From the NCBI GenBank assembly GCA_036517475.1, contig DATDVZ010000008.1, positions 1 to 38,681 on the forward strand: a stretch of DNA of 38,681 nucleotides, given 5' to 3'. A program made the position numbers and the translations under genes. Under the pieces are notes generated by a model. It searched no databases. It was given only the letters and a program-made list of their open reading frames with translations, and was not told the origin of the DNA. Positions 8,345 to 15,728 of the stretch are shown here, piece after piece (within the stretch, counting starts at the first letter, position 1; every line of letters begins with the position of its first letter). Origin of the DNA: Minisyncoccota bacterium. GTDB lineage: Bacteria; Patescibacteriota; Minisyncoccia; Phycocordibacterales; Zambryskibacteraceae.

Positions 8345-8746
8345 TTAGCAGAAATTAAATTTTTTAAGAAATTTAATTTCTGCTCGTTCCATTCTACTGC
8401 CATGAGACATTCCTTTCAAATGCAGTAGTGCGTGGATAAATAGCCGCAAGACATGAAGTTTGAAGCTTGAATCATGAATCATAAATTCCTTTTTTATAAG
8501 AGAAAGATTCAAAAAAATTTCTCCGGAAGTTTTTGATAAGGAAAATGACAAAACATTGGTAGTTTTGTTTTTCCCTCTGTAAATCCTATTTAATCTTTTA
8601 AGCAGGGCATCGTCGCTAAAGACTAAAGACAACTCATATTTTTTGCCTAGAACAGCATTTTTAATCTCTACAAAAGGCAGAGAGGGTACTCTGCCTTTTG
8701 TGAGGTTTTTTACATAAAATTTGCTGTTATCTCCTTGTCTTAACAT
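8345..8746 (-). CDS. ybeY: rRNA maturation endoribonuclease YbeY
   Basis: LNRIYRGKNKTTNVLSF and the HALLHLKGMSH metal motif (H-x3-H-x5-H). Confidence 0.9.
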   Translation of the reverse strand: MLRQGDNSKFYVKNLTKGRVPSLPFVEIKNAVLGKKYELSLVFSDDALLKRLNRIYRGKNKTTNVLSFSLSKTSGEIFLNLSLIKKEFMIHDSSFKLHVLRLFIHALLHLKGMSHGSRMERAEIKFLKKFNFC

Positions 8747-8975
8747 TCTTTTGTTCTACGAGCTTTCCAAGTTTGATTAAATGTTTGATTTCTTCTCGCC
8801 TTCGCAATAATTTCATGGTTTTTTTATGCTTAACACTTTCGGAGATTGCTCTTGAAGAGTAGCGGATGGATCGGACACGGTTAAGAATCCCGGCGCCTTG
8901 AACCCTTTTTGTGAATCTTCGCAGAAGCGAAAGATTATTCTCATTTGATCCTTTCTCAACTTCTATATTAATCAT
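8727..8975 (-). CDS. rpsU: 30S ribosomal protein S21 (CPR-type)
   Basis: Basic 82 aa protein; ENNLSLLRRFTKRVQGAGIL resembles the S21 pattern. Confidence 0.7.
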   Translation of the reverse strand: MINIEVEKGSNENNLSLLRRFTKRVQGAGILNRVRSIRYSSRAISESVKHKKTMKLLRRREEIKHLIKLGKLVEQKNVKTRR

Positions 8976-9115
8976 AGGGGTAAGATATTAACACGGCAAG
9001 AATCATGAATCAAGAATAAGAAAGATTATTCATAGAACATAGAGCATGGAACATTAATCATAAAAAATGGAGTATGAGACTATAAAACATGAGACATGAA
9101 TCAAAAAATTATGAT

Positions 9116-10327
9116 TTAAAGTTTTAGTTTTTTGATGTATGAGACGAGATTCCCTAAAGGAACAGTTTCTTGAACACGGGTAGAGACATTGCGGATAGTA
9201 ACGGAGTTCTCAATCGCTTCTTTTTGTCCGACAATCAGAATATAGGGGACCTTGAGATTTTCAGCGCTCAAAAGCTGGCTTTGGAGCTTATCTTTAGCAA
9301 GCGAGTGAGCTAGGAAGATTTTGTTTTTTCTTAGGATATCTATTACTTTGAGGCTTAACAATCTTGCCGGGAAGCCTAGCTGAATTAAATAAAATTTCGG
9401 ATCCACCCTTTTTCTCGGTGTACTAGCTTTTACTTTTTTTCTAATAAGAAGTGTGGCCCCAATTGAAGGCACTTCTTTTTTGAATATACCGAGTTTTCTT
9501 GAAAGTCTGCTGTACCTGTAGCCGCTCGCTAGAACTTCCGGCACTAAACCCTTGAGTGTTTCAATTTCAAAAATAGTTTCAGAGCAAAAATAAGGTGAGG
9601 CTACCAGAGTGTGATCAATGGTATAGGGAATGCCGAAGCTTTCAATAAACTCCAGAGTCTCTTTCAGGTGATTTCGCGGGATTTCGGAAAGAAAGTTGAT
9701 TGATTTTGGCACACTCTCCAGAAACTTTTCTGGCGCCCCCTTCCTGCAGATCTCAAAAAAGTCTTCCTTAACGAGCTTGCGCAGCTCAGCGGGGAATTCG
9801 GATATATTTTTTCTTATGAAACCGCCCACCGCTCTTTCAAATTCATTTATTGACTCTTTGTCACCCAGACTGTTTATCCTGATATTTAAGTTAGTGTATC
9901 CTTCATCTTCAAGAATTGAAATCAGAGTCCGAAGAAGAATTCCTTCGGCAGAACTTGACTGAAGCCCGAAAATTTCAAGGCCGTAAATCACAGAATTTTC
10001 TCTGCGGCGGTGATCGCTGCCTGAAAGAGGCTTATAGAAAGAGACGAAAACCGGATGCCAGAGCGCCGAAAGACTCCATTCATTGAATGTTCTGAGCAGT
10101 GATATTTTCTCTAATGCCTCGGGTCCGAGGGGAAAATCACTCTTTGCTCGCGGGAGCTCGGAATAAGGATCATTTATTATTTTAAAAAGAGTTTGATCAT
10201 TTTTTATAATTTGCGGAGTCTTTATAGGATTGAAACCAAAATATGTAGCACTTAAAATATTTTTATCAATGACTTTTGCTTCATATGGGATCTGCCGGTT
10301 TTTCTTTTTAAGCCTAGATCTTGCCAT
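9116..10327 (-). CDS. degenerate histidyl-tRNA-synthetase-like protein (HisS/HisZ fold with anticodon-binding domain)
   Basis: INSLGD, ASGYRY and a C-terminal ILIVGQKE...VTIRN anticodon-binding domain; HisRS catalytic motifs not recognisable. Confidence 0.7.
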   Translation of the reverse strand: MARSRLKKKNRQIPYEAKVIDKNILSATYFGFNPIKTPQIIKNDQTLFKIINDPYSELPRAKSDFPLGPEALEKISLLRTFNEWSLSALWHPVFVSFYKPLSGSDHRRRENSVIYGLEIFGLQSSSAEGILLRTLISILEDEGYTNLNIRINSLGDKESINEFERAVGGFIRKNISEFPAELRKLVKEDFFEICRKGAPEKFLESVPKSINFLSEIPRNHLKETLEFIESFGIPYTIDHTLVASPYFCSETIFEIETLKGLVPEVLASGYRYSRLSRKLGIFKKEVPSIGATLLIRKKVKASTPRKRVDPKFYLIQLGFPARLLSLKVIDILRKNKIFLAHSLAKDKLQSQLLSAENLKVPYILIVGQKEAIENSVTIRNVSTRVQETVPLGNLVSYIKKLKL

Positions 10328-10328
10328 A

Positions 10329-10937
10329 TTAGTTCGCCTTTAAGATATCTCTTTGATCTCCAGGCATAAAATCAAGCTCTGAGAGGGGCAGAAGCCTGAT
10401 GATCGGTCTTCCAACGACATTCTCTTCTGGAACTGGCCCCCAGATACGCGAGTCGGCGCTGCCTGCACGATTGTCTCCTAAAACAAAATACTCGTTATCA
10501 TCAAGAGTAATGGTAAAGCTATCTTTCTTTTCATGCTCAATATAGGGTTCATTCAGACTGAAGCCCTTTGGGTTGGAAGAATTTTTAATAGTTACTTTGC
10601 CGGAGTTTAAAGAGATGGTTTCATTCGGAAGCCCGATAACGCGTTTGATAAAATGTTTTGAGGGATCTTTGGGGTATTTAAAAATAAGAACAGAGCCTCT
10701 CTCCGGAGGGTCAAAACGATACGAAAGCTGATCAACAATCAAGTATTCGCCGTTTTTAAAGGTCGGGTCCATTGAAGCTCCATTTACAACAAACGGCTGT
10801 GCAACAAAGACTCTGAAGGGGATTACTATAAAGACAGCAATAAGAATAAAATCAATTATTTCATTAAGAAATCCTTTAGTTTTCTTTTGTTGCTCTGGAG
10901 GTGTTGTGATGGTGCTCTCTTGTGTTTCTGTGTTCAT
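10329..10937 (-). CDS. lepB: signal peptidase I
   Basis: GASMDPTF (catalytic Ser), FIKRVIGLP (catalytic Lys), GDNRAGSADSR. Confidence 0.95.
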   Translation of the reverse strand: MNTETQESTITTPPEQQKKTKGFLNEIIDFILIAVFIVIPFRVFVAQPFVVNGASMDPTFKNGEYLIVDQLSYRFDPPERGSVLIFKYPKDPSKHFIKRVIGLPNETISLNSGKVTIKNSSNPKGFSLNEPYIEHEKKDSFTITLDDNEYFVLGDNRAGSADSRIWGPVPEENVVGRPIIRLLPLSELDFMPGDQRDILKAN

Positions 10938-11108
10938 TAGTAATTTGAGTGAATTTTAATGATTGTAGTTTGACTTAACTATTGACAGCAATAGAGAAAA
11001 TGTTCCATGAACAATTACAATAAAAAAAATAATGCTAAAAAATAATTTTTAAATTCTGTCATTTTATTGAACTTGTCCATTGTGTATCGTTCATAGTATA
11101 TTGTTTCT

Positions 11109-11702
11109 ATGTTTATCATTGTCGGTCTTGGGAATCCTGGGCAAGATTATGAAGATACGCGCCATAATACTGGGAGGTTAGTTACCGGTTATTTTTTGAA
11201 GATGTTTAGCTTTCCAGTAATGGTCAAAAGCGCCAAATATCAGGCGTTGGTTTCTCTAGGTAAGGTAAAAAAAGAAAAGGTAATGGTTCTTTTTCCGGAG
11301 ACTTTTATGAATAAATCCGGAGCAAGTCTGGCATCTCTAATAACAAGTAAAAAGAAAGCAGAGACTCTCATTGTTATTCATGATGATTTAGATCTGCCAT
11401 TGGGTAAAATTAAAATCTCATTTAACAGAGGCACCGGCGGTCACAGGGGCGTTCTTTCAATTGTTAAAAAAATAGGTACAGAGGCATTTGTAAGAATTCG
11501 AGTCGGCATTAGCCCCGTGAGCCCTTCCGGTAAAATTAAAAAGCCTCTAGGCGACAAGGAAGTGGAGAAACATATTTTAGGAAAATGGAAACCCAAAGAA
11601 GAGGATCTAATGAAAAAAGCCTCAAAAAAAATTGCTCTTGTTTTAGAGATTCTCGTTACTGAAGGAAGAGATAAAGCAACCATGTTTGCGAATAGTGATT
11701 AG
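11109..11702 (+). CDS. pth: peptidyl-tRNA hydrolase
   Basis: IVGLGNPG, TRHNTG, PETFMNKSG, IHDDLDLPLG, GGHRG. Confidence 0.97.
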   Translation: MFIIVGLGNPGQDYEDTRHNTGRLVTGYFLKMFSFPVMVKSAKYQALVSLGKVKKEKVMVLFPETFMNKSGASLASLITSKKKAETLIVIHDDLDLPLGKIKISFNRGTGGHRGVLSIVKKIGTEAFVRIRVGISPVSPSGKIKKPLGDKEVEKHILGKWKPKEEDLMKKASKKIALVLEILVTEGRDKATMFANSD

Positions 11703-11755
11703 CCCCGACGCCTAAATCAACTGATTGGGTCGGGGTCCCGACCGAAGCGTCGGGA
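11703..11755. repeat. tandem CCCGAC...GTCGGG hairpins
   Basis: CCCCGAC..GTCGGGG (11703-11735) abutting TCCCGAC-cgaagc-GTCGGGA (11736-11755), directly after the pth stop. Confidence 0.55.
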
Positions 11756-11808
11756 TAAACAGTAATAAGTAGACAGAAGAATGGAAACAAAAAACCCCAT
11801 CTGCGGGG

Positions 11809-12243
11809 TTATTCTCCTTCGAGTATTTTTTTGTATTCGGCAATAGGCTTTTTCGAGGCTTCGCGGGCGTCGTCATAATCCACGAAGTATCGTAAATATG
11901 ACTCGACTTCTGGAGCGTCTTTGGAGAGAAATATTTGATCATTCTGGTCTAGCGTTTTCCGCCAGATCCGCTGGTGTGTCATGAGCTCAATCACCGCGGC
12001 ATCGAGCTCTTCGTATCTTCCGTCTTCACCTCGGTGAAAACCGCTCTCCTGCACTCCCAACTCCTTAAGCACCTCGAGAAATTCAGGAAAGACGCGATGA
12101 AGCAGTTTTAGATTAACCCCTGAAATATTACGACGAGAAAATTCAGTAAGCAAAGTTAAAACGAGGTCTCTCCGCAGTCTCTTCTTGTCAGTGCCAGCGC
12201 CTCGCATATACACTCCACTCTGTCCGACGTGCCGCTCTCGCAT
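11809..12243 (-). CDS. hypothetical protein, paralog of 12526-12975
   Basis: ATG at 12243 has GGAG upstream; terminator-like AACCCC..GGGGTT at 11793-11810; shares the LHxxFPxFL and GRY/F motifs with its neighbour. Confidence 0.75.
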   Translation of the reverse strand: MRERHVGQSGVYMRGAGTDKKRLRRDLVLTLLTEFSRRNISGVNLKLLHRVFPEFLEVLKELGVQESGFHRGEDGRYEELDAAVIELMTHQRIWRKTLDQNDQIFLSKDAPEVESYLRYFVDYDDAREASKKPIAEYKKILEGE

Positions 12244-12305
12244 GGATTCTCCAAGGAAAAGGTTCTCGTTTGAGATTATCAAGTAAAAATAATTTTGCAA
12301 CAAAA

Positions 12306-12330
12306 AAAGCCTCAGTTACACAGAGGCTTT
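12306..12330 (-). terminator. intrinsic terminator
   Basis: AAAGCCTC-N9-GAGGCTTT with a T-run on the minus strand. Confidence 0.6.
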
Positions 12331-12496
12331 AGGAGGCACAGAAGAGACCCGGTCCATTTCGTCATAAGCACTCATGAAGGAGTGTGCAGCTTCGAACAAC
12401 TTATCACGCTCTACTCTCGCGCCTGCCCTGAAGGCAACTTGTTGTCCTTCAGGGAGCTTTGCTCTACTACTGGGGTTAAATTTTAGAAAATTAAAA

Positions 12497-12517
12497 CCGC
12501 AAAGTTTTGCTTTGCGG
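12497..12517 (-). terminator. terminator-like hairpin just after the TGA of 12526-12975
   Basis: CCGCAAAG-ttttg-CTTTGCGG. Confidence 0.5.
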
Positions 12518-12525
12518 AGTAAAAT

Positions 12526-12975
12526 TCAAAACCCCAAGTCTTCCCACTTTGCTTCATGCCGATAAGCGGCGCTGAAAGATGCGGCGGCTTTCTGCACAAG
12601 ATCAAATTCAGGATTTCTCATTAACCTCTCTTTCATGCGCGGGTCAGCAAGACGGAAATAAATCAGATCTTTGATATCTCCACTATGGTACTCAATCATG
12701 CCATAGATGTGAAGATCTGAGATTGCTTTATCAATATCGCGAAATCTGCCAGAAGTTATATCCCGATAAAAATGAAGCCCACGAACATTTCCGCCAAGGG
12801 CACAGTAGAAAGCAAGAAAAAAGGGAAATGCTTGATGAAGTTTCTCACGTTCAAGAGACTGGAAACCGAAAGCACAATAAAGTGTATGAAATAGAGCTAA
12901 AAGAACATCGCTTTGCAGATGAGCTGTATTTCTTTTACTGGGATCATAAGTTTCAAAAATGCCCCCTTTTGGCAT
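12526..12975 (-). CDS. hypothetical protein, paralog of 11809-12243
   Basis: ATG at 12975 is preceded by AAGGGAGG; shared motifs with the neighbouring gene. Confidence 0.75.
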   Translation of the reverse strand: MPKGGIFETYDPSKRNTAHLQSDVLLALFHTLYCAFGFQSLEREKLHQAFPFFLAFYCALGGNVRGLHFYRDITSGRFRDIDKAISDLHIYGMIEYHSGDIKDLIYFRLADPRMKERLMRNPEFDLVQKAAASFSAAYRHEAKWEDLGF

Positions 12976-13052
12976 CAAAACCTCCCTTGAGAAATTTGAA
13001 TCTGGCAACTACACTATCACACTTTTCTAATTAGTAAAATATAATTCTCTTT

Positions 13053-14192
13053 TTATTTTGCCGGGTTTGCTTCCATGAAAGAGAGAGCCATCTTTTGTTC
13101 CTGAACATCAAAGAGAGTAATTTTAAAATCGTAAGTTTTGCCAAGTTCAAGAGCTTCTCGAAGTTTCTCCTCGCTTCCGAATTCTGAAATATGAACAAGC
13201 CCGGCAACACCTTCTTCAATTGAAGCAAGAGCTCCGTGCTTGTTGAATTTAATAACAACCCCTTTTACTAGATCGTCTTTTTTATATTTTTTAGCGGCTT
13301 CAATCCAGGGATTTTCTTTGAGAGCTTTTATGGAAAGTGAAATCTTGCCGTCTTTGATGTCAATTACCTTTACTTTTACCTTATCTCCTACTTTATAGAG
13401 GGTGCGCGGATTTTCTACCAGTGCCCAATCCATTTCAGAAATATGAACCAAACCCTCAAGCCCCTCTTCCAGTTTTATAAAGACCCCGAAGTCAACCATT
13501 CCAGTTACCTCTCCTTCAATCTCATCTCCCAGAGTGTACTTGTCAATCATTGCAACTTTCTCCTTATCTTCCGGATCTTTTTCAGAAAATATGAGTTTTC
13601 CTTCCTTCGGAATGGCGCCGATTATTGTAACTGAAAGCCTCTGACCGACGAGTTTTCTCAGTTCTTCTAAAATTTTATCTTTGTCGCCATCTTCAACTCT
13701 GGGATAATGTTCGCTTTTAAGCTGGGAAGCAGGCAGGAATCCCTGCAAACCCTGCCAATTGATAATGAGTCCGCCTTTATTGGCTTCATTTATGGGCAGG
13801 TCAAAAATTTTCTTTTCTTTTATTGCCGCTTCAGCCTCATTCCAGATCAGAGCTTGTCTTGCTTCTTTGAGAGAAATCTCAATATAGCCGTCTGGGTTAT
13901 CAAGAGCGATAACTTTACCGGCGACAGTATCTCCAATATTTATTTTTTTAATAATATCGCGCGCCTGAAGGAATTCTTTTCCATAAATAATACCTGTGCC
14001 AAAAGGCGGAAGATCAATGTAGACTTCGCCTTTTTCTATAGCCATTACTTTTCCTTCAATGAGATCATCAATCAGGGGTGGGGTGGCGGTGGAGATCATT
14101 ATATCCTCCATTAGGTCGTTCCTTTTAACAGTCTCTTTTTTAATTTCCTTTTCTTCAGGTTCTTTAACAGTTGTTTGATTTGTCATGAACAA
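13053..14192 (-). CDS. rpsA: 30S ribosomal protein S1 (short form)
   Basis: Repeated S1 domains (DFGVFIKLEEGLEGLVHISEM, GALASIEEGVAGLVHISEF). Confidence 0.9.
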   Translation of the reverse strand: MFMTNQTTVKEPEEKEIKKETVKRNDLMEDIMISTATPPLIDDLIEGKVMAIEKGEVYIDLPPFGTGIIYGKEFLQARDIIKKINIGDTVAGKVIALDNPDGYIEISLKEARQALIWNEAEAAIKEKKIFDLPINEANKGGLIINWQGLQGFLPASQLKSEHYPRVEDGDKDKILEELRKLVGQRLSVTIIGAIPKEGKLIFSEKDPEDKEKVAMIDKYTLGDEIEGEVTGMVDFGVFIKLEEGLEGLVHISEMDWALVENPRTLYKVGDKVKVKVIDIKDGKISLSIKALKENPWIEAAKKYKKDDLVKGVVIKFNKHGALASIEEGVAGLVHISEFGSEEKLREALELGKTYDFKITLFDVQEQKMALSFMEANPAK

Positions 14193-14322
14193 AAAAATTG
14201 CTAAGTTTCCAGTCTTGCCTTAACCGCAATTCTCCGACTGAAGGTTATCTTAGCCCCTGTTAAACAGGGAATGCTAATAATTGAACCAAAATATACTACA
14301 TAAAACTTTCCTAAAAGCAAAG

Positions 14323-14348
14323 CCCCCTCCGAGCGATCTCGGAGGGGG
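14323..14348 (-). terminator. intrinsic terminator
   Basis: CCCCCTCCGAG-cgat-CTCGGAGGGGG, 11 bp stem. Confidence 0.65.
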
Positions 14349-14353
14349 TTACT

Positions 14354-14476
14354 TCACAAACTGTTTTCTGCGCGCTTTTTTTCTTTCTTTTCAAAGGAGT
14401 ATTTTCGAGCCCGAGGAGCTTTCCCGATCGCAATGCTAGGGGTTGCAATCAGGCCTCTTTTCGGGTGTGACGACAT
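14354..14476 (-). CDS. putative 40 aa basic small protein (not in the ORF track)
   Basis: AAGGAG 4 nt before ATG; MSSHPKRGLIATPSIAIGKAPRARKYSFEKKEKKRAENSL; terminator immediately after. Confidence 0.4.
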   Translation of the reverse strand: MSSHPKRGLIATPSIAIGKAPRARKYSFEKKEKKRAENSL

Positions 14477-14694
14477 CACTCTCCTTTCTTTTTGAGCGCA
14501 TGTGCGGCTTGTGTGTAGGCGGCGTTCTCATCGTGACGGAGAAGGCCGCAGCGGGGCCCGATCGCTGTCGGGCCAAGTTCAGATCTTTAACAACCATATC
14601 AACAATAGATTTTCTGTCAAGTGTCAAGGTGTAAAAAATTAAAAAAAACCTTTAAAACACTGGCTTTTTGGGGTAAATGTGCTATTATTAATCT

Positions 14695-15327
14695 ATGGTA
14701 ATTTCATATCAGGGGCTAGAATCTTTCAAAATCCAGTTTGGTGAAATAGTGGTTGCGTATAACCCGATTTCCAAAGATTCCAAGCACAAGGGCACTAAAT
14801 TCGGTGCTGATATAGTTTTAATTTCAGCAAATCATCCGGATTTTAATGGTGCCGAAAATGCTTCTCGCGGAGATAAACAACCTTTTGTAATAAACGGGCC
14901 AGGAGAGTATGAAATTGGCGGAATATTTGTGAGAGGTTTTCTTTCAAAAACTAATTACGATGGATCCGAATCGATTAACACTGTTTATCTTATGAATCTG
15001 GAAAATATGAACCTCTGTTTTCTGGGCCCCCTAAATTCGGCAGCAAGTCTTGATGCCGAAACAATTGAAGCACTCGATGATATTGATGTTTTGTTTTTAC
15101 CAATCGGAGATGGAATGAATCCTGCGGAGGCAAACAAGCTCTCAGTCAAGCTTGAACCTAAAATTATTATTCCGATGCATTATGAGGAAGGGGACAGCAA
15201 AACCCTGAGAACTTTCCTGAAAGAAGCTGGTGAAGAGTCTGTTATGGCAGAAGAAAAACTGACACTGAAGAAGAAAGATTTGGAGGGTAAAGAGGGAGAT
15301 GTGGTGGTATTGAAATACAGCGTTTAA
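14695..15327 (+). CDS. MBL-fold metallo-hydrolase family protein
   Basis: DIVLISANHPDFN, GPGEYEIGG, DVLFLPIG, PKIIIPMHY. Confidence 0.85.
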   Translation: MVISYQGLESFKIQFGEIVVAYNPISKDSKHKGTKFGADIVLISANHPDFNGAENASRGDKQPFVINGPGEYEIGGIFVRGFLSKTNYDGSESINTVYLMNLENMNLCFLGPLNSAASLDAETIEALDDIDVLFLPIGDGMNPAEANKLSVKLEPKIIIPMHYEEGDSKTLRTFLKEAGEESVMAEEKLTLKKKDLEGKEGDVVVLKYSV

Positions 15328-15343
15328 TGATTAATATAAAGGC

Positions 15344-15682
15344 ATGAGAGAAACATTGATTACGAAACTTGAAAGGATGCGCTCCCGTCCCGATCACCAC
15401 AAGAGAGGTATTGCTCTTGGGGTCTCGGCATTTTTGACTGCCGTAATTTTTTCAGTGTGGCTCTCGGTAAATTTTCGCACAAATACGTCTCAGATTATTG
15501 TCGAGAAACCAAAAGAAGATTCTCCAATAACCAATCTTAAGAAAAGTCTGGCTTCTGTATATTATGCCATCAAGGGGTTGGGTAAAGAAAATAATATTAA
15601 TTTTCAAGATGAGTACGACAGGATTAAAAATCAGGTTGAAACAGGGCAATTAAGAGTTGTGCCAAAAAACGACAGTTATTAA
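15344..15682 (+). CDS. hypothetical single-pass membrane protein
   Basis: One TM helix (IALGVSAFLTAVIFSVWL); co-oriented between the MBL gene and gyrA. Confidence 0.75.
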   Translation: MRETLITKLERMRSRPDHHKRGIALGVSAFLTAVIFSVWLSVNFRTNTSQIIVEKPKEDSPITNLKKSLASVYYAIKGLGKENNINFQDEYDRIKNQVETGQLRVVPKNDSY

Positions 15683-15728
15683 TATTTCGTAGTTTTTATA
15701 TTTATTTTTATATTTTTGATTTAATTTT

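Noticed and set aside
8727-8746. rpsU-ybeY overlap as a programmed frameshift
   Set aside because: A 20 nt overlap is consistent with translational coupling or a slightly later ybeY start; no slippery site was seen.
11712-11942. 76 aa minus-strand ORF
   Set aside because: It overlaps the 11809 gene in another frame and runs through its terminator and the hairpin repeats.
12497-12528. Selenocysteine insertion (UGA plus SECIS-like hairpin)
   Set aside because: The hairpin looks like a U-tailed terminator, there is no redox motif context, and no sel genes are in the window.
14436-14634. 63 aa ORFs 14436-14627 (-) and 14443-14634 (+)
   Set aside because: No RBS support, and the minus ORF starts inside the predicted promoter. 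The 40 aa ORF with RBS and terminator fits better.
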